A program made the translations under genes and the position numbers. Under the pieces are notes generated by a model, which was given only the letters and a program-made list of their open reading frames with translations, was not told the DNA's origin and searched no databases. DNA of 64,000 nucleotides from Eubacteriales bacterium (GTDB taxonomy: Bacteria > Bacillota > Clostridia > Oscillospirales > CAG-272). Numbering within the stretch: position 1 is the first letter of the stretch; the number at the start of each line of letters is the position of its first letter. Shown in pieces: positions 15,869 to 25,517 of this stretch. The stretch spans positions 4,479-68,478 of the forward strand of contig JAZNFZ010000071.1 of NCBI GenBank assembly GCA_045576195.1, written 5' to 3'.

Positions 15869-18178
15869 ATGGTAATGTGTGTGAAATGTCAGAAGCGTGT
15901 GGCAACCGTGTTTGTCACAAAGGTGGAGAACGGACAGCGCAAAACCGAGGGACTTTGTATGAAGTGCGCCAAGGAGCTGGGCTTTCCCACCGAGCAGATG
16001 ATGGGCAATGTGATGGGCAAGCTTGGCATCACCCCCGATCAGCTGGAAAATGTGGAGGAGGAGCTGAACGGCCTTATGCAGGGCATGGGGCTGCCCAGTG
16101 AAAATGATGATGGGGAGGATGGCGGTGCTCCTGCCATTGATTTTCCCAAGATCTTTCGGGAAAGCGGCCTTTTTTCGGATAATGAGGAGAAGGCAAATGC
16201 TCAAAAGGAGCGAAAAGAGGGAAATGTCAAGCTGCCACGCGAAAAAAAGCGCAAGTTCCTTGATACCTACTGCCGAAATCTCACAAGAAGCGCCGCGCAG
16301 GGGCATCTCGACCGTATTGTCGGCCGCGAGCGCGAGCTGGCGCGCGTGATCCAGATCCTTTGCCGCAGACAAAAGAATAACCCCTGCCTCATCGGTGAGC
16401 CGGGTGTGGGTAAAACCGCCATTGCGGAGGCGCTGGCACAGCGAATTGCGGAAAATAACGTGCCCTACAAGCTGCGTGGCAAGGAGGTCTATCTGGTCGA
16501 CCTTACCGCGCTTGTGGCGGGTACGCAGTTCCGCGGTCAGTTTGAGTCGCGCATCCTGGGGCTTCTGAAGGAAGTGACCGATGCGGGGAATGTGATACTG
16601 GTGATCGATGAGGTGCATAACATCGTGGGCACGGGCGACTCGGAGGGAAGTGTCAATGCCGCCAATATTTTAAAGCCCGCGCTTTCCCGCGGCGAGGTGC
16701 AGATCATCGGCGCCACCACGCTGAATGAATACCGCAAGTATATTGAAAAGGATACCGCTCTTGAGCGCCGTTTTCAGCCCGTTACCGTCAACGAACCCTC
16801 GATCGATGACTCCGTGGAGATGCTGCGGGGCATCAAGCATTATTACGAGGCCTTCCATTCGGTCCTGATCCCCGACGAAACGCTAAGGCGCGCCGTGGTG
16901 CTCTCGGAGCGTTATATCACCGACCGTTATTTGCCCGACAAGGCCATTGATCTGCTGGATGAAGCGGCCGCAAATCTCTCCCTGAACAGCTCCGTTTTAA
17001 ACGAAAGTTACGAGATAAAAGAACAATTGTTGCTCGAAAAGGAAAAACGGGAGCAAATTGAGGCAAAGGAAGCGGGCGACGAGGAGGCCGAGAAAAAGCG
17101 CTTTGAGGAGCTGGCACGCATCAAGGCAAACGAGCTTCGCCTCTCGGAGCGGCTCTCTCAGATCGAGCCTGATTGCGGCAAGGTGATCCTCGGCACTGAG
17201 GATCTGGCGCAGGTCATTGAGATCTGGACGGGCGTGCCCGCCTCCAGCATCTCGGAAAACGAGTTTGAGCGCATCAGTGGGCTTGAGGCACGGCTGAAGC
17301 AGCGCATCATCGGTCAGGATGAGGCGGTTGGTGCTGTGGCAAGGGCCATCAAGCGCAACCGTGCGGGTGTTTCCTATAAAAGAAAGCCGGTCTCTTTCAT
17401 TTTTGCAGGCCCCACGGGTGTGGGTAAGACCGAGCTTGTCAAGACCCTTGCGGCGGATCTGTTCGATTCTCCCGAGACCTTGATCCGCCTTGATATGTCC
17501 GAATTTATGGAAAAGCACTCGGTCTCCCGCATCATCGGCGCCCCTCCCGGATACGTGGGGTATGACGAGGCAGGGCAGCTGACTGAAAAGATCCGCCGCC
17601 GCCCCTATTCCGTGGTGCTGTTTGACGAGATCGAAAAGGCACATCCCGATGTGCTCAATGTGCTGCTGCAGATCCTCGATGACGGCAGGATCACCGATGC
17701 CCACGGCAAGACTGTGAATTTTGAAAACACCGTGCTGATCATGACCACCAATGCGGGATCGGATAAGGCGGGAGCTCTCGCGGGCTTTGCCACCGAGGAG
17801 GGTGCGCAGACCAAGGCGCGCACCGAAAAGGCGCTTTCCACCTTCCTTCGTCCCGAATTTCTCAACCGAGTGGACGAGGTCATTACCTTCCGTGCGCTGG
17901 ATGAGCAGGATTTTGTCAGGATCGCAGCCATTCTCGCGGGCGAGCTGATCACGGCGCTGGCAGAGCGGGGAATCACGCTGCGCTTCACCGATCAGGCACT
18001 CGCACTCATCGCGAGGGAGTCCTATTCGCACAAATACGGCGCGCGCAATATGCGCCGCTATATCCAGACCCATGTGGAGGATGTCCTGGCGGAGAAGATC
18101 GTGGCTTCCTACAAAGCTCCCATCTCCCACGCCGACGTCAGAACAGAGAAGGGAAATTTGAAGATCGAGGTAATTTGA
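15869..18178 (+). CDS. ClpC/ClpA-type AAA+ chaperone-unfoldase with N-terminal CxxC zinc ribbon
   Basis: Two AAA+ modules (GEPGVGKTA and GPTGVGKTE Walker A). Short coiled-coil middle domain. AGF tripeptide sits at the position of the ClpP-docking loop. N-terminus is CVKC...19 aa...CMKC. Confidence 0.85.
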   Translation: MVMCVKCQKRVATVFVTKVENGQRKTEGLCMKCAKELGFPTEQMMGNVMGKLGITPDQLENVEEELNGLMQGMGLPSENDDGEDGGAPAIDFPKIFRESGLFSDNEEKANAQKERKEGNVKLPREKKRKFLDTYCRNLTRSAAQGHLDRIVGRERELARVIQILCRRQKNNPCLIGEPGVGKTAIAEALAQRIAENNVPYKLRGKEVYLVDLTALVAGTQFRGQFESRILGLLKEVTDAGNVILVIDEVHNIVGTGDSEGSVNAANILKPALSRGEVQIIGATTLNEYRKYIEKDTALERRFQPVTVNEPSIDDSVEMLRGIKHYYEAFHSVLIPDETLRRAVVLSERYITDRYLPDKAIDLLDEAAANLSLNSSVLNESYEIKEQLLLEKEKREQIEAKEAGDEEAEKKRFEELARIKANELRLSERLSQIEPDCGKVILGTEDLAQVIEIWTGVPASSISENEFERISGLEARLKQRIIGQDEAVGAVARAIKRNRAGVSYKRKPVSFIFAGPTGVGKTELVKTLAADLFDSPETLIRLDMSEFMEKHSVSRIIGAPPGYVGYDEAGQLTEKIRRRPYSVVLFDEIEKAHPDVLNVLLQILDDGRITDAHGKTVNFENTVLIMTTNAGSDKAGALAGFATEEGAQTKARTEKALSTFLRPEFLNRVDEVITFRALDEQDFVRIAAILAGELITALAERGITLRFTDQALALIARESYSHKYGARNMRRYIQTHVEDVLAEKIVASYKAPISHADVRTEKGNLKIEVI

Positions 18179-18220
18179 TAACGAAAAACACGACAAATAA
18201 ATATTATGGGAGGTAAAACA

Positions 18221-20509
18221 ATGAGAAAACGCATTCTTCTTACGCTCGCGGCACTTTTGTGCCTGCTTTGCACCATCGCGCTGAGCTCTTGCGAGAGAGA
18301 ACACACCTGGATGACCGCTTACGAGTACGATGCCACTCACCATTGGGTGAAATGCGGACATTGTGACGCCACCAAGGAAGCTGCCGTGCATAATGTAGAT
18401 TCTAAAGGTCTTTGCACCGTTTGTCACCAACCCCTGCTCGGCAGCGAAGGGATCAAGTATACTCTTTCTGACGACGGCACCCATGCTACGGTTGTGGGCT
18501 ATGACGGCACGGCAAAGGATGTTGTCATCGGCGCCTTGTATCAGGGTAAACCCGTGACCCAAATTTATTATAATGCATTCGAGGATCGTGCCGACTTGAC
18601 CTCTGTTATCATTCCACCCTCCGTCACAGAGATTACGGGGTATGCATTCTCCGGCTGTACGGGGCTCACATCGATTACAATTCCCGCTTCTGTGACGAGT
18701 ATTGGCCCTGCTGTATTCGATCGCTGTACGGGCATCACATCTGTTACGGTGGAAACGGGCAATGCGGTGTATCACAGCGCAGATAACTGCGTGATCGAAA
18801 CCGCTACGGGAACGCTTGTTGCGGGCTGTAAAAGCAGTGTGATTCCCACGGATGGCAGCGTGACGAGCATTGGCAAATCCGCATTTTCCGAATGTACGGA
18901 GCTTGTGTCGCTTACCATTCCCGATTCGGTGACGAGCATTGGCGATCATGCTTTTAAGCGTTGCTACTCTTTGACGGCGGTTACTATTCCGTCGTCGGTG
19001 ACGGAAATTGGCAACTCTGCATTTTACGGCTGTATGGGACTTGAGTCTGTTACCTTTGACGAGGATTCTCAGCTTAGCACTATCAGCAGATCCGTGTTCG
19101 AGCGCTGCACGGTTCTGGCGTCTATCACCATCCCCGATTCGGTGACAAGCATTGAGTCCAATGCATTCACTTATTGCGTGCGACTCACGTCCTTTACCAT
19201 TCCCGACTCCGTGACGAGTATTGGCGACAGTGCGTTTTATGGCTGCTCCTCACTTAAATCCATTACTATTCCTTCCTCGGTCACAAGCCTTGCCGATAAT
19301 CTGTTTACCGATTGCACGGCTTTGACGTCTGTTACGATCCCCGATTCGGTGACGAGCATTGGCCGCGATACATTTTGCTCTTGCACCGCTCTTACCGCTC
19401 TTACCATCCCCGATTCGGTGACAAGCATTGGTTACCGTGCATTTGGCGCTTGCACGAGCCTTGTGTCCATTGCTATCCCCGATTCGGTGACGAGCATCGG
19501 TGAATCGGCCTTTGATTATTGCACGGGCCTGACGTTTATCGCCATTCCCGACTCCGTGACGAGTATTGCGCCGTCCATGTTTTACGAATGTGCCAATCTG
19601 GCCACCGTCATCATCCCCGATTCCGTGACAACGATTGAATCCTCTGCATTCAATGGGTGCACAAGCCTTATATCCGTTGCGATCCCCGATTCGGTGACTG
19701 CTATTGGCCCCCATGCATTCGAGGGGTGTGAAAGGTTACTTTATTACGAGTACAACAATGCATATTATCTCGGCAACCCTGACAACCCGTACTTTGTCCT
19801 TCTGAAAGCAAAGAACAAAGACATCACGTCCTGCAGCATTCACGAAAGCACGAGGATCATTTGCGATTCAGCATTCGAGCGGTGCTGGAAGTTAACGTCG
19901 ATCGCCATTCCCGCCTCCGTCATACAAATCTTGCCCGGCACATTCCAAAATTGCCAAAACTTGGAGCTTGTTGCGGTTAAGGAGGGGAACACGGCATACC
20001 ACAGCGCAGGGAATTGCCTGATTGAAACCGCTACGGGGATACTTGTTGCGGCGGGTTGTAAAAACAGCGTGATCCCCACAGACGGCAGTGTGACAAGCAT
20101 TGGCCAATATGCATTTTCCGGCTACACGGGACTTGCGTCGATCATCATTCCCGATTCGGTGACTGCTATCGGCCCGTATGCATTTTCCGGCTGCACGGGG
20201 TTTACGTCGATCATCATTCCCAATTCGGTGATAAGCATTGGCTCATATGCATTTTCCGGTTGCAGAGAGGCGGAGTTCGTCGTGCTTCCCGCCTCTGTGA
20301 CCAATGTCGGTCTCTATGCGTTCACACAATGTAGCGATCTTTCTGTAGTGTATTACACGGGCACGGCAGCGGAGTGGGAAATCCTCTCCGAAAGCCATCG
20401 CGGTATATCGTTGCCCTCTGCCCCCCGCTATTATTACTCCGCCACGCAGCCGACCGAGGCAGGGAAATATTGGCACTACGATGCCAACGGAAACCCCGCG
20501 AAGTGGTGA
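18221..20509 (+). CDS. surface lipoprotein with about 20 BspA-type leucine-rich repeats
   Basis: Lipobox LSSC after the signal peptide (ATG at 18221 after GGGAGG). Repeated IPxSVTSIGxxAFxxCxxLxS units of ~23 aa. C-terminal YWHYDANGNPAKW tail. Confidence 0.85.
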   Translation: MRKRILLTLAALLCLLCTIALSSCEREHTWMTAYEYDATHHWVKCGHCDATKEAAVHNVDSKGLCTVCHQPLLGSEGIKYTLSDDGTHATVVGYDGTAKDVVIGALYQGKPVTQIYYNAFEDRADLTSVIIPPSVTEITGYAFSGCTGLTSITIPASVTSIGPAVFDRCTGITSVTVETGNAVYHSADNCVIETATGTLVAGCKSSVIPTDGSVTSIGKSAFSECTELVSLTIPDSVTSIGDHAFKRCYSLTAVTIPSSVTEIGNSAFYGCMGLESVTFDEDSQLSTISRSVFERCTVLASITIPDSVTSIESNAFTYCVRLTSFTIPDSVTSIGDSAFYGCSSLKSITIPSSVTSLADNLFTDCTALTSVTIPDSVTSIGRDTFCSCTALTALTIPDSVTSIGYRAFGACTSLVSIAIPDSVTSIGESAFDYCTGLTFIAIPDSVTSIAPSMFYECANLATVIIPDSVTTIESSAFNGCTSLISVAIPDSVTAIGPHAFEGCERLLYYEYNNAYYLGNPDNPYFVLLKAKNKDITSCSIHESTRIICDSAFERCWKLTSIAIPASVIQILPGTFQNCQNLELVAVKEGNTAYHSAGNCLIETATGILVAAGCKNSVIPTDGSVTSIGQYAFSGYTGLASIIIPDSVTAIGPYAFSGCTGFTSIIIPNSVISIGSYAFSGCREAEFVVLPASVTNVGLYAFTQCSDLSVVYYTGTAAEWEILSESHRGISLPSAPRYYYSATQPTEAGKYWHYDANGNPAKW
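18570..20350 (+). repeat. in-frame tandem ~69-bp repeat array encoding the LRR units
   Basis: Recurrent ATYCCCGAYTCSGTGACRAGYATTGG blocks, e.g. near 18910, 19131, 19198, 19330, 19400, 19470, 19540, 19610, 19680, 20140 and 20215. Confidence 0.8.
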
Positions 20510-20598
20510 AAAAAAGATCACTATAAATAGCAAGGTATTACCCAAAGCCTCTTATCGACGCGCAAATGTAAAAAAAATGTAAACATGTGTGACGCGTC

Positions 20599-20627
20599 TT
20601 GCAAAACAGTCTTGTTTATGCTATAAT
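20599..20627 (+). promoter_or_regulatory. sigma-A-type promoter TTGCAA-17-TATAAT (extended -10 TGC) for rpsB operon
   Basis: Hexamers at 20599-20604 and 20622-20627. Confidence 0.65.
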
Positions 20628-20749
20628 ATTCCACGCTTGCGCTGCGCGCAGGCGCAAAAACACACACGGGGAGATGGAATGCCGTCGGTGCCGACAACGG
20701 TCGCGGCTTTGACCCCTGTGGTGGAAAAAACCAAAGGAGGACATGTAAC

Positions 20750-21499
20750 ATGTCAGTTATCACCATCAAGCAGTTGCTTGAAGCAGGCGTCCATTTCGGA
20801 CACCACACCAGAAGATGGAACCCCAAAATGCAGGAGTACATCTTTACCGAGCGTAACGGGATCTATATCATCGATCTCCAGAAGACGGTAAAGAAGTTTG
20901 AGGAGGCCTACGACTTTGTCCGTGAGCTTTCCGCAAACGGCGGCAACATCCTTTTTGTGGGTACCAAGAAGCAGGCGGCAGATGCCATCAAGGAAGAGGC
21001 TCAGCGTTGCGGTATGTACTACGTGAACGTGCGTTGGCCCGGCGGTATGATGACCAACTTCAGAACCATTAAGAAGTCCATCGCCCGTCTCAACAGCCTT
21101 ACCAAGATGCAGGAGGACGGCACCTTTGATATGCTGCCCAAGAAAGAGGTTGCCGAGAAGCAGAAGGAGATCTTCGATCTTGAGAAGAGCTACGGCGGTA
21201 TCAAGACCATGGAGAACCTTCCCGCAGCCGTGTTCATCGTTGACCCCCACAAGGAGCGCAACGCTGTTCTTGAGGCTAAGAAGCTGCACATTCCCGTGAT
21301 CGCTATTGTGGATACCAACTGTGATCCCGACGATGCGGACTATATCATTCCCGGTAACGATGACGCGATCCGCGCCATCAAGCTCATCTCCTCTGTGATC
21401 GCCGATGCTGTCATCGAGGGCAGACAGGGTGAGCAGACCACCGAGGCAGAGGCTCCTGCCGAGGCAGCTGAGACTGAGGCTGCTGCAGACGCCGAGTAA
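20750..21499 (+). CDS. rpsB: 30S ribosomal protein S2
   Basis: Begins [29 protein letters not shown]. Confidence 0.97.
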   Translation: MSVITIKQLLEAGVHFGHHTRRWNPKMQEYIFTERNGIYIIDLQKTVKKFEEAYDFVRELSANGGNILFVGTKKQAADAIKEEAQRCGMYYVNVRWPGGMMTNFRTIKKSIARLNSLTKMQEDGTFDMLPKKEVAEKQKEIFDLEKSYGGIKTMENLPAAVFIVDPHKERNAVLEAKKLHIPVIAIVDTNCDPDDADYIIPGNDDAIRAIKLISSVIADAVIEGRQGEQTTEAEAPAEAAETEAAADAE

Positions 21500-21520
21500 T
21501 TTTTGAAGGAGAATAAAAAT

Positions 21521-22450
21521 ATGGCTACCATTACCGCAAAAGATGTTGCCAATCTTCGTGCCCAGACCGGTCTTGGCATGATGGATTGCAAGAAGGCTCT
21601 CGTTGAGGCAGAGGGTGACGTAGAAAAGGCCATCAAGATCCTTCGTGAGAAGGGACTTGCTACCGCTGAGAAGAAGGCCGGCCGTATCGCTGCCGAGGGT
21701 CGTGTGGATATTATGACCAAGAACGGCGTGACCGCCATGATCGAGGTCAACTCCGAGACCGACTTCGCCGCAAAGAGCGATGCCTTCAAGGAGTTTGTAA
21801 CCGGTCTGCTTGAGACCATTATCGCCAAGAAGCCCGCAACCGTTGAGGAGCTGCTGGCTCTCAACTACTGCGATACCGCCGAGACCGTACAGAAGACCCT
21901 GATCGAGAAGATCGCTATGATCAAGGAGAACCTTTCTGTTCGCCGCTTCGTGATCGTAGAGGGCATTACCTCCTCCTACATTCACGGCTTTGGCTCTACC
22001 GGCGTTATCGTAAAGTTTGAGACCAACGTTGCCGACAAGGAGGGCTTTGCTGCATATGCGAAGAACATCGCTCTGCAGATCGCCGCTGGCAATCCTCCCA
22101 AGTATGTTAACATCGAGGATGTTCCCGCTGAGGCAGTTGCTGAGGAGAAGGCGGTTCTCATCGCACAGATGAAGAACGACCCCAAGAATGCAAACAAGCC
22201 CGATGCTATCCTTGAGAAGATCGTCTCCGGTCGTCTTGGCAAGTTCTACGAGCGCGTTTGCCTTGTGGAGCAGGCCTACGTTAAGGAAGACAGCATGACC
22301 GTTGGCGCTTACACCAAGGCTACCGCCAAGGAGCTTGGTGGCGACATCAAGATCGTGTCCTTCAACCTCTTCGAGAAGGGCGAGGGCATTGAGAAGAAAG
22401 AGGAGAACTTTGCTGAGGAAATCGCAAAGCTCGCCGGCGGCCAGGCTTAA
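21521..22450 (+). CDS. tsf: translation elongation factor Ts
   Basis: MATITAKDVANLRAQTGLGMMDCKKAL UBA-like N-terminus. ATG at 21521 after GAAGGAG. Confidence 0.95.
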   Translation: MATITAKDVANLRAQTGLGMMDCKKALVEAEGDVEKAIKILREKGLATAEKKAGRIAAEGRVDIMTKNGVTAMIEVNSETDFAAKSDAFKEFVTGLLETIIAKKPATVEELLALNYCDTAETVQKTLIEKIAMIKENLSVRRFVIVEGITSSYIHGFGSTGVIVKFETNVADKEGFAAYAKNIALQIAAGNPPKYVNIEDVPAEAVAEEKAVLIAQMKNDPKNANKPDAILEKIVSGRLGKFYERVCLVEQAYVKEDSMTVGAYTKATAKELGGDIKIVSFNLFEKGEGIEKKEENFAEEIAKLAGGQA

Positions 22451-22462
22451 TAAGAGGCAATC

Positions 22463-22498
22463 GAGCAGCCGATGCAAATGCATCGGCTGCTCTTTTTT
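22463..22498 (+). terminator. rho-independent terminator after tsf
   Basis: 12-bp stem GAGCAGCCGATG/CATCGGCTGCTC, 6-nt loop, T6 run. Confidence 0.85.
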
Positions 22499-22537
22499 GA
22501 AAATCTCACAAAATTTTATTTTTTCTACATTTTACTC

Positions 22538-22566
22538 TTTACAAAATCGGTAAAATAGAGTAAAAT
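22538..22566 (+). promoter_or_regulatory. sigma-A-type promoter TTTACA-17-TAAAAT for pyrH-frr
   Basis: Hexamers at 22538-22543 and 22561-22566. Confidence 0.5.
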
Positions 22567-22598
22567 AGAAAGGAAAAGAAATTAAGAGGAGTATTTAT

Positions 22599-23309
22599 AT
22601 GCCGACACCGAAATATAAACGAATTCTTCTGAAGCTTTCCGGAGAGGCTCTGGCCGCCGGAACGGACGGTATTCTCAACTTTGATTTCATCGATAAAATT
22701 GCCGGTGTACTGCTTCGCTGTGCCCGTGCGGGAGTGGAGGTCGGCGTGATCGTCGGTGCAGGTAACATCTGGCGCGGCCGTCAGGGCGGCGAGATGGATC
22801 GCACCCAGGCAGATCATATGGGCATGCTGGCGACCGCCATCAATGCGCTTGCCCTGCAGGATCGCTTTTGTGCCGCAGGACTTGATGCCATTGTAATGAG
22901 CGCGGTGGATATGCCCGCCTTTGCGGATGAATTCACCGTGAGAGGTGCGAAACGAGCACTGGAAAAGGGAAAGATCGTGATCTTTGCCTGCGGCCTTGGT
23001 CAGCCCTTTTTCTCCACCGATACGGCAGCCGTGCTTCGTGCCGCCGAGATCGATGCCGATGCTGTGCTGATGGCCAAGAATGTGGACGGTATTTACAGTG
23101 CAGACCCCAATAAGGATCCCGATGCGGTCCGCTACAGTGAGATCACCTATAAGGAGGTTCTTGCCAAGGAGCTGAAGGCACTGGATCTTTCCGCCACTAC
23201 GTTTTGTATGGATAACGGCATTTGCTGCTATGCCTTTGAATTGAAGGACCCCGATAACATTTACCGTGTTGTGATGGGCGAGCACGTGGGCACCGAGCTC
23301 CACCTTTGA
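22599..23309 (+). CDS. pyrH: UMP kinase
   Basis: YKRILLKLSGEAL N-terminus, 236 aa. Confidence 0.95.
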   Translation: MPTPKYKRILLKLSGEALAAGTDGILNFDFIDKIAGVLLRCARAGVEVGVIVGAGNIWRGRQGGEMDRTQADHMGMLATAINALALQDRFCAAGLDAIVMSAVDMPAFADEFTVRGAKRALEKGKIVIFACGLGQPFFSTDTAAVLRAAEIDADAVLMAKNVDGIYSADPNKDPDAVRYSEITYKEVLAKELKALDLSATTFCMDNGICCYAFELKDPDNIYRVVMGEHVGTELHL

Positions 23310-23332
23310 TAATCTACATAAGGAGAACATAT

Positions 23333-23887
23333 ATGAAGCTGAACACCAAAGATTTTGAAGAAAGAATGAAAAAGGCGATCGGCGCTCTCGAAAATAATTT
23401 CAGCACGATTCGCGCAAGCCAGGCAAACGCTGCTGTACTCAATCGTGTGAATTTTGAGTATTACGGCTCTCCTACACCTCTGGTCAGCATGGCCGACATT
23501 CGCGTGGCCGATGCCAGAACGCTGGTGATCAAGCCCTATGACGGATCAACACTCAAGGCAATGGAAAAGGCAATTCTTGCTTCTGACGTGGGCATTACCC
23601 CCAATAATGACGGTCAGGTGATCCGCCTTGCCTTCCCGCAGCTGACCGAGGAGCGCCGCCGCGATCTTTGCAAGCAGGTGACCAAGATGGGTGAGGAAGC
23701 AAAGGTGGCCGTTCGAAACATCCGCCGTGATGCCAACGACCTTTGCAAAAAAATGAAAAAGGACGGCGAAATGACCGAGGATGAGGAAAAGGCATCCGAA
23801 AAGTCAATTCAAGACCTGACCGACAATTTTGTGAAGGAAATTGACGCCGCTACTGCCAGCAAACAAAAGGATATTATGGCAATCTGA
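23333..23887 (+). CDS. frr: ribosome recycling factor
   Basis: 184-aa product from the ATG at 23333 after AAGGAG. Typical RRF sequence (NFSTIRASQANAAVL, NIRRDAND). Confidence 0.95.
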   Translation: MKLNTKDFEERMKKAIGALENNFSTIRASQANAAVLNRVNFEYYGSPTPLVSMADIRVADARTLVIKPYDGSTLKAMEKAILASDVGITPNNDGQVIRLAFPQLTEERRRDLCKQVTKMGEEAKVAVRNIRRDANDLCKKMKKDGEMTEDEEKASEKSIQDLTDNFVKEIDAATASKQKDIMAI

Positions 23888-23893
23888 TGACAC

Positions 23894-23925
23894 GGGCGGA
23901 AAGGCAACTTTCCGCCCGCTATTTT
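23894..23925 (+). terminator. terminator-like hairpin between frr and uppS
   Basis: 10-bp stem GGGCGGAAAG/CTTTCCGCCC, 4-nt loop, then GCTATTTT (an imperfect T-run, so possibly a partial terminator). Confidence 0.55.
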
Positions 23926-23937
23926 GTGAGGTAAACT

Positions 23938-24642
23938 ATGAGTGTTTCTGCCACGGTAAAGCTTGACGAGCGCTTATCACACATCGCCTTTATCATGGAT
24001 GGCAACGGCAGATGGGCCACCAAGCGCGGTATGCCGCGTGAGGTGGGGCATCGCTTTGGTGTCAAGGCCTTTCGTGAGATCTTGGATTATTGCGAGAAGA
24101 TCGGCCTTTCCACCATCACCTTTTACGCCTTTTCCACCGAAAACTGGAAGCGGCCGCAACGGGAGGTGGATGCCATTATGAAGCTGATGGATCAGTATTT
24201 GAAGGAATGCGAAAAAAAGCTGGATACCTATAGCTTCCGCATCTGCTTTCTCGGCGATAAGGCGCGCTTTGATGACAAGCGTCGCGCCCGTATGGAAATG
24301 CTGGAGGAGAAAAGTGCGCATCGCCCGCGGATCCTGAATATTGCGCTGAACTACGGCGGGCGGGATGAGATCGTGCACGCCTGCAACTGCCTGATCCGTG
24401 AGGGGAAGGGTGAGATCACGGCAGAGGATCTTGCCGCGCACCTTTACACCAAAAGCTCGGCCGATCCCGACCTGATCATCCGAACGGGCGGGGATCTGCG
24501 GATCTCCAACTTCCTGCTCTGGCAGGCCGCGTATGCGGAGCTTTATTTTACCGATGTGCTCTGGCCCGATTTCGGGCCGCAGGAGCTGGATGCCGCCATT
24601 GCTGATTTTTATCTGCGAAAAAGGCGCTACGGCGGCGTTTGA
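23938..24642 (+). CDS. uppS: isoprenyl transferase / undecaprenyl diphosphate synthase
   Basis: FIMDGNGRWA and RTGGDLRISNFLLWQ motifs. Confidence 0.93.
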   Translation: MSVSATVKLDERLSHIAFIMDGNGRWATKRGMPREVGHRFGVKAFREILDYCEKIGLSTITFYAFSTENWKRPQREVDAIMKLMDQYLKECEKKLDTYSFRICFLGDKARFDDKRRARMEMLEEKSAHRPRILNIALNYGGRDEIVHACNCLIREGKGEITAEDLAAHLYTKSSADPDLIIRTGGDLRISNFLLWQAAYAELYFTDVLWPDFGPQELDAAIADFYLRKRRYGGV

Positions 24643-24656
24643 TAGAGAGGAGCATT

Positions 24657-25514
24657 ATGAAAAAACGTGTGATCACATCAATTGTGGCGCTGGCGGGGAT
24701 ATTTCCGTTCTTTTGGTTTTCCGAGCCGCTCGAAGCCGGCAATCCGCTGACCTATCTTTTCCCCCTGCTGTTTTCCGCCATTTCCTTTGTTTCTACCTGG
24801 GAGATGCTGCATTGCCTGGGGCTGGATAAGACCTATGCCGTCAGCGTGCCGTTCTATCTGGTGTCAGCTGCCTTTCCTATGCTGACCCGCGTGCTTCGCG
24901 AGGATAAGGCAGAGCTTGCCCGCATTGCGGTGCTTGTTTCGCTGCTGCTGGCGGTCTATCTGTTTGCCGTGATCGTGTTTCGGTTTGGAAAGATCGATCT
25001 CGGACGCGTAGCCCTTGCCTTTATGACCTGCTTTTATTTTGTCGGTGCCTATTCCGCTACCGTTCTGCTGCGCGATGTGCCGCAGGTTGGCAGATTTTTG
25101 TTCCTGCTCCCCTTTGTTTTCTCTTGGGTGACCGATATTTTTGCTTACTTTACGGGAAGGCTGTTCGGGCGGCACAAGCTGATTCCTGATGTCAGTCCCA
25201 AAAAGACCGTGGAGGGCGCGATTGGCGGACTTGTGTTCTGTGCGCTGTCGGGCCTTGTTTACGGCCTTATTGTAAAGGCCGCCTTTGGCGTGGCGCCAAA
25301 TTATCCCATTCTTGTGATCTGCGGCGCGCTTGGCGGTGCGGTGTCACAGGTGGGCGACCTTATTATGTCCGCCATTAAGCGGCAATACGGCATCAAGGAC
25401 TATGGTACGATGCTGCCGGGGCACGGCGGACTTCTCGATCGCTTTGATTCCAGCATTGCGGTGACGGTCATGCTGCTTGTTCTTTCCAGCTATTTCACCT
25501 TTTTTACGGTATAA
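24657..25514 (+). CDS. cdsA: phosphatidate cytidylyltransferase
   Basis: Signature SAIKRQYGIKDYGTMLPGHGGLLDRFDS. Multi-TM protein. Confidence 0.9.
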   Translation: MKKRVITSIVALAGIFPFFWFSEPLEAGNPLTYLFPLLFSAISFVSTWEMLHCLGLDKTYAVSVPFYLVSAAFPMLTRVLREDKAELARIAVLVSLLLAVYLFAVIVFRFGKIDLGRVALAFMTCFYFVGAYSATVLLRDVPQVGRFLFLLPFVFSWVTDIFAYFTGRLFGRHKLIPDVSPKKTVEGAIGGLVFCALSGLVYGLIVKAAFGVAPNYPILVICGALGGAVSQVGDLIMSAIKRQYGIKDYGTMLPGHGGLLDRFDSSIAVTVMLLVLSSYFTFFTV

Positions 25515-25517
25515 GAT

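Noticed and set aside
16997-18949. 650-aa ORF antisense to the clpC-like and LRR genes
   Set aside because: It spans two sense genes and their intergenic gap with no start context. It is a shadow ORF. Similar long antisense ORFs at 36359-38380, 52823-54238, 31730-32983 and 40934-42166 were rejected for the same reason.
18570-20350. Regularly spaced ~26-bp conserved blocks at 69-bp period that superficially resemble a CRISPR array
   Set aside because: The period is an exact multiple of 3 inside one long ORF. The would-be spacers encode the variable half of each LRR unit. No cas genes or leader are present. It is a coding tandem repeat.
20753-22483. 576-aa ORF antisense to rpsB and tsf
   Set aside because: It lies opposite two universally conserved genes, and its repetitive L/G/D composition has no motif. 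It is a shadow ORF created by the codon bias of the sense strand.
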